A DNA stretch of 64,000 bases from Isurus oxyrinchus (lineage: Eukaryota). The notes below the pieces were generated by a model. It was given only the letters and a program-made list of their open reading frames with translations. It did not search any database and was not told the DNA's origin. A program made the position numbers and the translations under genes. Location: the NCBI GenBank assembly GCA_026770705.1, contig JANJGN010000007.1:109616001-109680000 (forward strand), in the 5' to 3' direction. Positions 1-12,078 of this stretch are shown one piece after another. Numbering within the stretch: the stretch's first letter is position 1; each line of letters starts with the position of its first letter.

Positions 1-901
1 GAAACCTCTGACTGAAAACAGACAAGGCACCTGCTCACCCATTTACAAACCTACCTGAAAATTGAATCAGGCATTAGTGTGCTTCGCTCAATTTCTATGC
101 GAGAAACAGGCAGCTGAAAACCAATCCCAATATTTACACATGGGCAAACCATTAGCACATATACACTAACACCAGCAGCACTAATGTTGGAACACGGAAC
201 TTATGCACGTAACAACTGAGTTGCTGTTAGGTAGGCAGTTGAGTCATACCTAGTACAAAGGAAGATGGTTGTCGTTGTTGGAGGTCAATCATCTCAGTTC
301 CAGGACATCATTGCAGGACGTCCTCAGGGTAGTGTCCTGGGATCAATCATCTTCAGCTGCTTCATCAATGACCTTCCTTCCATCATAAGGTCAAAAATGG
401 GGATGTTTGCTGATGATTGTACAACGTTCAGCAGCACTCACAACTCTTCAGGTACTGAAGCAGTCCATGTCCAAATACAGCAAGACTTGGACAATATTCA
501 GGCTTGCGCTGATGAGTGGCAAGTAACATTTGTGTTACACAAGTGCCAGGCAATGGCCATCTTTAACAAGAGAGACCTAAACATTGCCCCTTGAGAGTCA
601 ATGGCATTACCATCACTGAATCCTCCAATGTCAACACCCTGTGGGTTACCAATGACCATAAGCTGAACTGGACTAGCCATATAAATACTGTGACTACAAG
701 AGCACATTAGAGGCTAGGAATCCTGCAGTGAGTAACTCACCTCTTGACTCCTCAAAGTGAGTCCAATTTCTACAAGGCATAAGTCAGGAGTGTGATGGAA
801 TACTCCCTGCTTGCCTGGATGAGTGCAGCTCGAACAACACTCAAGAAGCTTGACACCATCCAGGACAATGCAGCCCGCTTGATCAGCACTCTATACATTA
901 A

Positions 902-1128
902 TATAAAAACAAAAAACTGCGGATGCTGGAAATCCAAAACAAAAACAGAATTACCTGGAAAAACTCAGCAGGTCTGGCAGCATCGGCGGAGAAGAAAAAG
1001 TCTTGGAAAAGTCTTGGACTCGAACTCAAGTTCTGTCGAAGGGTCATGAGGACTCGAAACATCAACTCTTTTCTTCTCTGCCGATGCTGCCAGACCTGCT
1101 GAGTTTTTCCAGGTAATTCTGTTTTTGT
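902..1128. mobile_element. Mini Penelope-like insertion (inverted pseudo-LTR ends) with a 14-bp TSD
   Basis: Inverted arms CAAAAACAGAATTACCTGG...; TSD ACTCTATACATTAA at 888-901 and 1129-1142; same sequence as the ends of the GIY-YIG element at 11935-14016. Confidence 0.88.
1029..1067 (+). ncRNA. Minimal hammerhead-ribozyme-like motif (variant core)
   Basis: AGTT-CTGTCGA-A-GGGTC(ATGAG)GACTC-GAAA-CATC-AACT; stem III has a mismatch relative to sister copies (CGTC). Confidence 0.6.
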
Positions 1129-1541
1129 ACTCTATACATTAACATTTACTCTCTCCACCAATGGCACAAGGTGGCAGCAGCATGCACCATTTACAAGATA
1201 CAATGCAGGAACTCACCGAGCACCTTCTAAATCCATGACCACCATGATATAGAAGGACAGGGGCAACAGACACATGGGAATACCACACCTTGAATCTCCC
1301 CTCCAAACCACATACCATCCTGACTTTGAAATACTTCACCATTCCTTCATTATTGCTGGGTCAAAATCCTGGACACCCCTATCCAACAGGACTGTGGGTG
1401 TACCTACATCACATGGACTGCAGCAGTTCAAGAAGACAGCTCACCATCATCTTCTCAGGTCCAATTAGAGATGGGCAATATATACTGGCCTAGTCAGTAA
1501 TGCCCACATTCTATGAATTAATTTTAAAAATGACAACCTAC

Positions 1542-1990
1542 GGGCATAATTTTATGGTCCTCTGTTGGTGGCTTACCAGGCAATGCTTGGCATGTAAATT
1601 TCCCCGGATGGCCTGTCCATCGCCCTGGCCTGACCACAATTTTACAAGGTTGTTTAAGGCCTAGGCCAGACCACCCACCTTTACCACAATTGACTCTCAA
1701 GTGCGCGATTAATGACCACTCATGGGCCATTTCCCACCAACCCTCAATTTTGAGGGTAGCAGGAGGAGCTCAGGGACAGAAGGGATGTCAGGCATGTCAC
1801 CCTGCTCAGACCTCAGGTGGGAAGGGGGAAGTACCTCCCTCAACAGCCTGCTATCCATATCAGGCCCTCCCCACTGCCCCACGCCAGGGTTTGCCCACTG
1901 CTCCTCACCCTCCTGGCCTCTCCATTAAGACCTCTACCCATCTCGCCCCAATGCTCCAGGCCTCACCTCCCCTGCCCACCATAAGACAAT
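1542..1990. mobile_element. Non-autonomous DNA-transposon (Harbinger-like) fragment
   Basis: Begins GGGCATAATTTT, resembling the terminus GGGCTGAATTTT seen (reverse strand) at 4945; no coding remnant. Confidence 0.35.
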
Positions 1991-2249
1991 GTGACTAACT
2001 GTCCAGTATTTTAAGGGATTGTCCCTTATTTTGTCTGTTTATCCCATGTCCCTTAAGGAATGCATTTTGTCCTTTATTCCTAGGACAGCCTGTGAGTTAC
2101 TGAGCCTGGGGATCACCTCTTTGTCTCTCTTTTTTCTTCTCTGAGCATGGGACCATCACTGTCCCCACCCTGTCCTTGTTCTTATGGTAACCAGAAACCC
2201 CCACCCCATGTCCCCAGAGTCAGAGAGTACCTTATTTTATTTCATAAGA

Positions 2250-3425
2250 GCGGAGGATGCGCGAGTGCAGGAGGTCTACTCTGCCCCGTCCTCTGCCAGG
2301 ATCAGCTGGAGCAAAAGTTCTGAAATCCTGGTCGATCAGTGGCAGATGGATCCCCTACCCGAGGAGCCCAGCCTTTTACCTGGAGCCGGACCAGCCTCCT
2401 GTACCTGGGGGTCCACCTCCGACCTGCTGAGGAATCCTGGCCGGCGAACTGGCAGGAACTGGAGGCCAAAGGCACCACCCACCTGCAGCACTAGACAGGA
2501 CTGCTCTGAGTGCTGTCTTACCGGAGTCGAGTTCTGGCCTTTAACCAGCTGATTGCCAACATGTTGTGGAACCGGCTGGTCACTTTAACTCCTCACCCGG
2601 ACTTAGTCACAAAATTCCAGAGAATGCTCGTCGACTTCTTCTGGGACAAAAGGTTGCATTGGGTCACTGCTGAGGTTCTGAGTCCCCTGCTTAGAGAGGG
2701 CGGTCAGGCATTGGTGTGCCTGCGCACCCAGGTGGCAACTTACCACTTTCAGGCCCTGCAGTGATACCATTACATCGAGCCCTCTCCAAGATGGTATGCC
2801 ATGTATTTTTTTTGCCAGGTGCATGGCCTGAATTATGATGTGCAGCTCTTGTTTGTAGACCAAAAGGGCCTTCGTGGCTCCTTGCAGGTGTTGCCCGTCT
2901 TTTACCAGGAACTAATCAAAGTCTGGAACATGGTCGCCTCTCAAGGCAGCTCTCCACCATCAAGAGTAGTGGCTGTCATCAGAAAGCCGCTGCTCAGGAA
3001 TCTGCCCCTCCACCCTTTTCAGTGGCTGGCAGAGTGGAAGGCTGTGGTTGTCAGGATGGCCAGGGCTGGGGGCATTTTGGGTGGCAGAGGAGTGGACTGG
3101 ATGCTGCCACAGGAGTTGGCGCATTGCGTGTCCATGGACGTCTGGCTCGCAGCCAATGCCATTCATGACCTTAGAACAGTCAGACTCAATGTCATCCTGT
3201 TTGGGTGGGATTCCACCTTTTCCCCAAGCCCCAAATCCTCCCTCAGAAGCCGGAGCCCTGCAACCTGAGTCACCTTACGGGATTGCACTTCATGTCCTTT
3301 AGCACAGCATGGAGGGGTTTCCTGAGTGGGCTGCTGCTGCACACCTTTCACTTCCTTGCCCTCATCCACCACCTGGACACACGCTAGTGTGCCTTGTTGC
3401 TGTCTAGTGCTGGAGGCTCCCAGCG
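2250..3425 (+). mobile_element. Tx1-type (L1 clade) LINE ORF2 fragment, decayed
   Basis: LSYRSRVLAFNQLIANMLW...DFFWDKRLHWV...LREGGQALV is the RT C-terminal region of Tx1; homologous to 32655-33700 and 39250-40465. Confidence 0.85.
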
Positions 3426-4945
3426 GGAGTGATTTCCTGGACAAAGTCTCCATGGCAGCCGCCATCCTGCCAGTGTTGACATCAGTGCATTGCAATGCTG
3501 GTGCTATCACCTCAGCCTGAAGATGGATGGACTCCTCCATCATGCCTTGCAATCTGAGGAGTGCAGTGGACATCCCTTCCTGTTATTCCCTAGCTTACCT
3601 TTGCAGTTCCAGCAACTGAGACATGACCGAGTCCAGAGGCTCATCATCTGACCCGGGCTCAGCAACATCCTGGCCTCCAGTGGTCGTCAGAGTGTCGGGG
3701 ACCTGCCTCCGCCTGCTGTGGATCAGAAAGTGCGATGTGCTCACCAGATTGTGATCCCGGGGCTACTGTAAAGCTAGGTCCCATCTAGGTGTGATTGTGC
3801 TCTGGTGAAGGGTGTGGGTGAGCACTGTGATGAGTATTCAGGGAGGGTGCCTTCGGATTCCTTGTCAGAGGTTTCTTTGGAACTCGAATGGAGGCACTGG
3901 GCCGTGGACTCCATTGGCTGCTTCCTCGATATGCCTGTGAAAGCAAGGGGAGATAATTAATGCATGACAGTGGCCTGTGAAAGAGGACACATCACTCACA
4001 GCATGGTTTTCTAATGTATGTTGAACTGCTGGATCCTCACTTGGTAGAGCAGCACCGACCTCACTGTCAGCACAGGAACAGTCCTGGTCATCGCTGGCCA
4101 GCTGGATGGCTCTGTTTTCAAATTCTGTGAGAACTTCGAATTCCACCAGCCCTCCACCTGTCTGCAACCTTTCCCTCCTGTTGTGAGGCAGTTTGTTCTG
4201 CATAGATAGTGATGGGGAGTGTGTATCAGAACACCTATCGGGCCAGATTATAGGTATGCCTGGCCTGTGTGGGTGGTGAGTGGTCCCATGGACAGCATGA
4301 GGACAATGATGGTGTGTGTAAGAGTGAATGGTGATGCTCCTTGCGCTGGTAGTGAGTGAGGGCCCTGTGGGTATGTGATGGGTTTGTGAGTGAGAAAGTT
4401 GGGAGTGATGAAGAGTGACTTAACTTGGTGGAATGGAGATCATTCATCCTTTTGTGGCACTGGGTGGCAGTCCTCCTCTACAGGGCATTTGTGCTGACCA
4501 TCACTGCCACCGCTTCCCAAGCCAGATTGATGGACATTGCTACCATTCCTCTGGACAGAGCAGGGATAGAACACATCCTGGGGAGACTCCACGGCACCAT
4601 CAGTCGCTCGAGGAACTTGCTGTTGAAGTGTGGGGGCAGGAGGGGGAGGGGGGCTGCAGTCTTTTTTCCGTTGCTTGCCATGTCTGCCAGGCAGTGGTTG
4701 TGAGCTGGTGGCGATGAGCACTTTGCTGGTGGCTGCCTTTTAATGATGGCAGCTGGGGTAATGACAAGCGGGCACATGAGAGCTCGCCTACCATGGAGCT
4801 CATCCAACGTGTCTCGCAGGAGTGAATATATAATGAGGTGGGCTTGGGAAAATACAGCGTGAAAACCCACCATTTTCAACGGTGGGGAGGACTCCATTTT
4901 ACCTGCCCGCTACCACATGAGTGCAATTCTGGGAAAATTCAGCCC
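3425..4945 (-). mobile_element. Harbinger/PIF-like transposon remnant with a spliced Myb/SANT-like ORF
   Basis: MASNGKKTAAP...WEAVAVMVSTNAL...MNDL, then an intron, then KLPHNRRERLQTGGG; terminus GGGCTGAATTTTCCC at 4945-4931. Confidence 0.7.
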
Positions 4946-6645
4946 AATGTATCTAACTGAGTTGTAAATCAAATAGTGTGATGGGGACCAAGGAAGGAAA
5001 GGAAAGACCCAACATCAATCACGTGTTTGTGCTTTATTAGTTATCAAGTACAACGTATCTCAGTACTTCCAGGCTCCAGGGTGGTTACAAAAACAGATCG
5101 GGTTCATCTGTCAATTTCTATATACTGGCTCCATTTTAGAAAGTGCATGGCTATATACATCAGCTGTGATGAGACTCAGAGAGCAATAGGCTTAGTGATG
5201 AAAATTCCACCACTAGGATGAGGTAACAGATGCTGTGGCATGAGATAGAATGGAAAATAGTGAATAAAACAATCGTGCTTAAAGTAGGTTTTCATCAAGT
5301 GTGTTTCAGAATTAAAAGTGGCTTTTCTTTTTGCATAAATTACAGGTTGATAAGTTATTCATTGATTTTTAGTATCAGGTCAATATCCCAAAACAAGAAG
5401 AAGCAAAAACCTATGAGGGACTATTTAATGCAACCAATAAACTGGTGTGGCTTCTTGTGCTGTACTTCATCATTTACACATTTTTAAAACAAAGGAGTTA
5501 GTTATATTTTAATTATATTTTAGCTCAATTACCATAACAGTATTGTACAAAAGTACATATTTGGAACTCAGTTCTTCAATAACAAATCATAATTGGTGCA
5601 GGATAACAGTATAAATAACTTACTACTGACATTCACTGGAATATGAAATTAATAAAAATAGAATCATAGAAAATTTACAACACGGAAGGAGGGCATTTGG
5701 CCCATTTCCTCCATGTCAGTCGATGAAGAGCTACCCAGTGTAACCGAGACTTCCTGCACTTGTTTTGTAGCCCTACAGGTCATGGCTCTTCAAGTAGATA
5801 TGCAAATGCTTTTTAAACATGGTGAAGGTTTCTGCCTCTACCACCCTATCAGGCAGAGAGTTCCAGGTCCCTACCAACCACTAGGTAAAAAAATGTTTCC
5901 TCATCTCCCTCCTAATCCTTCCACTAATATCTTTAACTCCATGCTCCCTAGTTTTTGATCCTTTTGCTGAGGTAAATAGGTTGTCCCTATTTACTCCAAC
6001 TAGGCCTCCTATGATTTTAAATATTACTTGCTTATCCCTCAACTGCTATCACTTTTAGGTTAGTACGGTATTATAGGTTGATTTACTTAACAATATAAAC
6101 ATTTGTATTATGTAGATTTAGAACATGATCAAACGTGTAATTTGGTGAAGTATTGACAGAAATTGATAACTGAAATTGGATATAAACTGGAGTCTTACAA
6201 ACTAATAATAAATGATACAGAATTCTGGACTCAGGTTTCAATGAGTATTAGAATTCTGTGCGCAAAGTTTGAATGCGAATTGGAATTCAATCCACCAAAT
6301 GTAAAAGGAAATTAAAATTTTACATAGTTTACATGACTAGGGCACTGAAATGCTGTGAGATGTACAGTACCTGAAACAGCAGTTAAATAAGGAGCCAATA
6401 AAAGGTAACATATTGGATGGAAATGGGCACTAAAATTCTGCAGTGGTAGTAAAGATTTGAGATGGAAAATGATGTATTGATTCCCTGTCACCTATTTTAT
6501 ACTAGCACACAAATTCCAAGTTACCCAAATCAGGTGCAAATGTAGCCCTGAATTCCATGGAAGGGGTATGAATGGAGAATGAAATTTTATATACTGGCTG
6601 TCAACAATGGAATCAAATTCTGTGTACTGGATATGAATGAGGCAA

Positions 6646-6651
6646 TTTATT
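6646..6651 (-). terminator. Candidate polyadenylation signal AATAAA for gene A (~400 nt after the stop)
   Basis: TTTATT on the + strand, conserved in copy B at 43445-43450. A second conserved candidate lies at 5033-5038 / 41875-41880. Confidence 0.4.
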
Positions 6652-7045
6652 CTATAAGCTGTAGGTGAACAGGCACACAAATTCCAGTGTGCGCGTGGCT
6701 GGAGCACTGGAATGGAGTGACATGTGTATATCACACTTTTCAACTCCTTCAGAAACTAATTCACTCACAACGATCCTCAGTGAAATATGAACACCTTTCT
6801 GAAGACCCTGTCATAACAACCGAAAGTGATCAGAGATAAAAAATGTTATCAATTCAGAAATATTAATTCACAGAACAGAAATAATCTTTCAGTGAGTAAT
6901 CAAGTACAGATAAATGCAGTAATTTTATGATATTGAGTCTTGCTGGATCCCCTTGTTGAATCACTTATGAAGAATACAATGATGGTGTTCTTTAAAGAGA
7001 AACTATGATTTTTACAAGATACTTTTCAGATTTTTTTCCCCACTA

Positions 7046-7251
7046 TCAGGCACACGTGGCATCTCTGTCTCTCTTACGGTGCTCCTTGTGCTTTGGTGCA
7101 GTTTCGTTAACTTTTTCTACTCTGCCTGGATTCCTCTGAGATAGCATCTGAATGTTGTCTTTTTTTACTCCTTGTTCCTTGCATTTGGGATTTTGTGTTA
7201 TTGGCTCAGAGCAGCGAACACATTGCTTCATTCGAATGTTGTTTCCATGAG
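7046..7251 (-). CDS. Gene A exon 5: cytoplasmic tail (AHGNNIRMKQCVRCSEP...RDATCA*)
   Basis: Acceptor GTTTTTCTTACAG| is phase-1 compatible. Open hydrophilic frame to TGA at 7048-7046 in non-repeat DNA; the homologous acceptor is kept in copy B. Small intervening exons cannot be excluded. Confidence 0.7.
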
Positions 7252-7399
7252 CTGTAAGAAAAACAGCATGGAATATAAGGTACAGAAGATGGCGGAACAC
7301 CTCAGATACGTCAGCAACTTTATTGCCTGGATTGGTACTTTGAACCATGTTGACCAGAGAATTTTGTGTTTGTCAAATTTTTGAATGAATCAATTTTCT

Positions 7400-7575
7400 A
7401 AGAAGTTACACATTTATGTAACAATATTCATAACATCTCTGATCACTCCACAAGTATATTTTGAAATGTAGTCGCCATTGTATCATAAGAAACAATCAAT
7501 TTTCCAACAGCATTGCCTATGGACAGCAATGAGATAATTACCAGTTTATCTGTTTTAGTGATGTTAGCTGAAGCT
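7400..7575 (-). mobile_element. SacSINE1/DeuSINE-like fragment (paralog ~44205-44380)
   Basis: TTTGAAATGTAGTC...ACAGCAATGAGATAAT...ATCTGTTTTAGTGATGTT matches the SINE at 17130-17410. Confidence 0.5.
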
Positions 7576-7839
7576 TAAGTCTCCTTCTGGTTAACTATGG
7601 TACAACATGTGGTAACTAATTTGTTATAAAGCCCTAAACAAGTGACTCAATCCTTCTAATGAAGAATAACTGACACAGAATATGAAATTGAAATGGTGTT
7701 GCAGGAGAGATGCTGTAAAACCACAATAGTCTGAAAGCATATTGTGGACCAGAAAATCTAGCCAATGTGCACCTTAAGCTACAAACCAGATATCAACACT
7801 TCAGGCTTCAAAAGGGAGAAACATTTTTATTTTACATTC

Positions 7840-8610
7840 AGATGTAGGCTGATAAATGGCAAGTAACATTGATGCCGCACAAATGCCAGGCAATGACCAT
7901 CCCCAGTAAGAGAAAATATAACCAAATCCCATTCTACAGCATTAGCAGTGTTGAATGCCCTCCCATCAACATCCTGGAGGTTACCATTGACCAGAAATTG
8001 AACTAGACCTGCCCTATAAATACTATGGCTATAAGAGCAGGTCAGAAGCTGGCAAATTTGTGGCAAGTAACTCACCTCCTGACTCCGCAAGGCCTGTTCA
8101 CCATTTACAAGGCACATATCATGAATAAAATGGAATACTTTTCCCTTGCCTGGATGACTGCAGCTCCATTTTTGCTCAGGAACTTAATATCATCCAGGAA
8201 AAAGAAGTCCACTTGATTGGTTCCCATCCACCACCTTAAACATTCACTTCCTCCAGCATTGATACACATTGGCAGCAATGTGTACCATTTACAATATGTA
8301 CTGCAGAAACTCAACAACACCTCCCAAACCCACAACTTCTATAAGCCTATCAGGACAAGGGCAGCAGAGACATGAGAACATCATTACCTGAAAGTTCCCC
8401 TGCAAGCTACACACCATCCTGAACTAAATTGCTGTTGCTTCGTTGTCGTTGGGTCAAGATCCTGGAACTCCTTTCCTATCAGCACAGTGCATGTACCTAC
8501 ATCAAATGGACTGCAGTGGTTCAAGAAGGCAGCTCACCACCACCTCTCAGACAGACAACAAATGCTGCCCTTGCCAGTGGTGCCCACATCCCATAAAAGG
8601 ATAAAAAATT
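7840..8610 (+). mobile_element. CR1/HER1-like LINE 3' fragment (paralog 44650-45415)
   Basis: HKCQAMTI...DQKLNW...YKAHI...EYFSLAWM and the same 3' tail as 236-1520. Confidence 0.8.
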
Positions 8611-10664
8611 AACCTTTTGTATATTTAAAATAACCTATTATTTATAAGTTTGTATTATTTGCTTCTAACGTATCGTTAAGGTTTCTATAAATATGAATTG
8701 AGGCCAATGTGGTTACTTCTCCTGAGGTTCTCCACTACCAGAACTACTTTTGGTTGATGGTAAAAGTTCGCCAAGTGATGGCTAGTTTGGTTATTTGATA
8801 GCTTCCTGAAATGGCAGATGGTGGACAGACCTCAGTGAGCAGGCTGATGTGACGTGTTCCATGCTCCGTGATGCATGGCCACAATTGTACTTATGTCACC
8901 CCTCCTAGTCCACTTTCAGAGCTGGTAACTGTATCATCCATGACCAGTGCAAATTCAATTGAGCCCTGAGGGACATCAATACCAGGGGCATCTTGATGAC
9001 AATTGAAATGTGGTCTCCCTGTGTGGGTTAGTTCATTGAGAACTTGCCAGCTAATGTCATCAAGATGACAAATGAGAGTGGCCTCCCAGTTTGTAAAGCA
9101 TGAAAGCATCAAATATGTTCTCTCACTCATCCACTGTAACTTCAGCAGAAGAGCAGCACGGACCCAGGAACAACTTTGTAAATGGCTTCTCACTAGTGTT
9201 TCCATGGTATTGCAGTGGAAACTTCAGCTACACGTGGGAGAAAACTTTCCCCCACCCGAAACTTATTATGGTAGTGATTGCTTAAGACTTTAACAGTATA
9301 CTGCTGAAATATAATAGAATATTAATCCTTCTGACTGAGAAATACAGGTAAGAACATAACATCCAGCAACCTTCATAACACTAAAAAGAAATTTTGGAAG
9401 TTGCAATAGAGTCAGAAGAAAAATTAAATGTAAAAAGAGCTCTCGAATACTGAATCAGCACTTCCTAATTAAGTTGAGACTTTTGAGCTATGGGCCAAAG
9501 GCACATGGAGCATATGTTGTTTGTGAGTTGAACTGATGTTGGCTGAAAATGAATTTACAGCTGCAATGACTGACAAACTTGGGATTTGGTTTCCGTTTGT
9601 GCTCTCTTCAGAGAAATGCTCACATAAAGCGATTCTTGTTTCATATTTTCAATGAATGCAAATAATGATTTATTACTATATTCAGAGTAGGCAGACTTCA
9701 TTACAAATTGGGGAAACTAAGTTACAGACCAAGACTCCGTGTAGAATACAACTAAAGCTGAAGAGAACAAAAGGGAAAAAAAATCTGATTCAGGGAGTCA
9801 TAATTAGTCAATGTCAAACTTGGCTGTGAAATCCCTGTCGATTTTTAGAGGAAGTGAAGACCATCAGAGATAGGGAGTTTCACAATTAGTCATTGAGACG
9901 GTGCCATGAATCTTCATTTTAACAAAGTGAGGTTACAGGGAGGAGGTACAGTGTGTATGATGACTTATTTTGAACTTAGAAAAAACAAGAGAGGAAATTC
10001 AATAGATAAATGACCATTGTAGTATCTTCAAAATAAAGATAGATAAGAAAATGTAGAGAGAAGTTGGAGACAAGAAGGAAAATAAGGATACACTAACGGA
10101 TAAGATTGGTCATAAGAGACCCTCTTTCGATATAGCAGAATTTAAATCTTGGAAATAATTGAAAGAAAGTATTCAGTCTTAAAGCGAATATCAATCTTCC
10201 TGGAGGCAAAATTTAGTGGTGAAATAATGTTGATAACTAATTCAGTGGGTGAAGGTCTAATTATTGACAAAACAGATGAGGTTAGACTTGTTGCATAATT
10301 TGCAAACAACATAAAAAAACTGTTTCTAAACAGTTGAAAACAACCATTTCTTTGTTGTTCTGAATGCCCTGTTGTAAACTAATTGGCATAATTATTCACA
10401 AGAAACTATGTAGAGTCAAACAGGTCTAGAAAGGACAGTAATGGTGGGAGAGGAAAATTATATGTAAGGGGTGGAAACAATGAATAAGCAACAAAAATTC
10501 AGAACATCTTGAAATAGTCCAAAAGCCATTTCAGACACTTAGCAATCTTTGCCAAGGCTGTAGGGAAAGGGAATTTAAAAACAGACTGTAAAAAAAGTGA
10601 AAGGGAACCCTAGGTCTATGTAAGCCTGCAGAATAATGGTGGGAAAACAAATGCACAACATCAT

Positions 10665-11375
10665 AAGAACTTAAGAAATAGGAGGAGTAACCAATTTGGC
10701 CCCTCAAACCTGCTCTGCCATTCAACAAGATCATGGTTGATCTGACTATGGTTTTAATTCCAGTTCCCTGCCTGCCCCAATAATCTTTGGCTGTCTTGTA
10801 GATCAAAAATCAGTCTAACTGTGTCTTAAATATATTCAATGGCCCAGTCTTCACTGCTCTCTGGAATACTGAATTCCAAAGATTAACCACCGTCTGGCAG
10901 AAGAAATTCCACCTCATCTCCACCTTTAATGGGAGACCCAATGCTTTTAAATTGTGCCCCCTAGTTCTAGGTTCCCCCACGAGAGGAAACTTCCTCTCAG
11001 CATCTATGATCCTTTCATCCTTCTAAACTCCAATGACTAAAGCCCCAAACTGCTCAAACGTTCCTCGTAAGACTACATCTTCATCCCTTTCATTCCAGGG
11101 ATAAAGCTCGTCAAATTTCTCTGAACTGTCTCCATTGCACGTATATCCCTCCTTAAATAAGAAAACCAAAAATGTACACAGTACTGTAGGTGTGGGCTCA
11201 CCAATGCCCTGTTCAGTTGCAGTATCTCCATCTTCCTTGCAATAAAGGCCAACATTGAATTCACCTTTCTAATTACTTGCTGTACCTGCATGCTAACTTT
11301 TGTTTCTTCTTGGACAAGGACATTCAGATCCCCCTATACAGCAAAATTCTGCAGCTACTCTCCATTTAAATAATA
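10665..11375 (-). mobile_element. CR1 LINE 3' fragment (paralog 47490-48195)
   Basis: QVIRKVNSMLAFI...LVSPHLQYCVHFW...METVQRNLT is the CR1 ORF2 C-terminal signature. Confidence 0.8.
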
Positions 11376-12039
11376 TTCTACTGTCTGATGTTAGTGTAAC
11401 TTGTGGTGATGCTGCTTGAGATACTGAAGAGGTAGTTGCCCTCTGTACCACTCTTTGGTACCATTTTTCCATAGACTAGCATTGCAAACAGCTCCGCAAA
11501 GAGGTTCAGCCAAGTTTTGAGAAACAACTGACTATTATTATCCTTGTGTGCTGCTGTTTGGCGCTGAATGTATTTGTAGATGATGGTACAGCTCTGCATC
11601 TGCCTGTTGGCCAAGACCTTAAAAACATTGGCTCACATAATCATTGCCAGGTATGTGTATCAGGGCGTGCTGAAAGGTTAGTAGCAATTTGGCGAGTTTG
11701 GCCAATGCTAAGTCGTGATCAGCCTGCTAGTCACTATCAACATCCTGGAAGTTACTACTGACCAGAAACTGAATTGGACGAGCCATAAAAATACTGTGGT
11801 TACAACAGCAGGTCAGAGATTGGGAATCCTGTGGTGAATAACTGACCTCCTGTCTCCCCATAGTCCGTCCATCATCTACAAGACACAAGTCAGGACTATG
11901 ATGGAATACCCTCCACTTGCCTGGAGAAGTATAGAGATAAAAACAAAAAACTGTGGATGCTGGAAATCCAAAACAAAAACAAACACAGAATTACCTGGAA
12001 AAACTCAGCAGGTCTGGCAGCATCGGCGGAGAAGAAAAG

Positions 12040-12078
12040 AGTTGACGTTTTGAGTCCTCATGACCCTTCGACAGAACT
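12040..12078 (-). ncRNA. Hammerhead-ribozyme-like motif in the left arm (GAAA mutated to AAAA)
   Basis: Reverse complement reads AGTT-CTGTCGA-A-GGGTC-ATGAG-GACTC-AAAA-CGTC-AACT. Confidence 0.55.

Larger units (their letters stand above)
236..1520 (+). mobile_element. 5'-truncated CR1-clade (HER1-like) LINE, decayed; interrupted at 902-1128
   Basis: RT motifs PQGSVLG...FINDLP and MFADD. The 3' tail TCAAGAAGACAGCTCACCATCATCTTCTC...GATGGGCAAT...GCCCACAT is typical of the shark CR1/HE1 tail. Confidence 0.85.

Noticed and set aside
902-1128. Mini hairpin elements as classical DNA-transposon MITEs or pre-miRNAs
   Set aside because: The arms are asymmetric, TSD length varies (10-14 bp), and the sequence matches the Penelope pLTR, indicating retrotransposition.
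8891-9205. 104-aa ORF in intron 4
   Set aside because: Contains VPQGS and DD-like remnants typical of an ancient LINE RT; the frame is not kept open in copy B.
11378-11614. Minus-strand ORF conserved in both duplicons (also 48197-48430), possibly an extra cytoplasmic exon
   Set aside because: It is antisense to a decayed CR1 RT fragment; the conservation is explained by the duplication itself.
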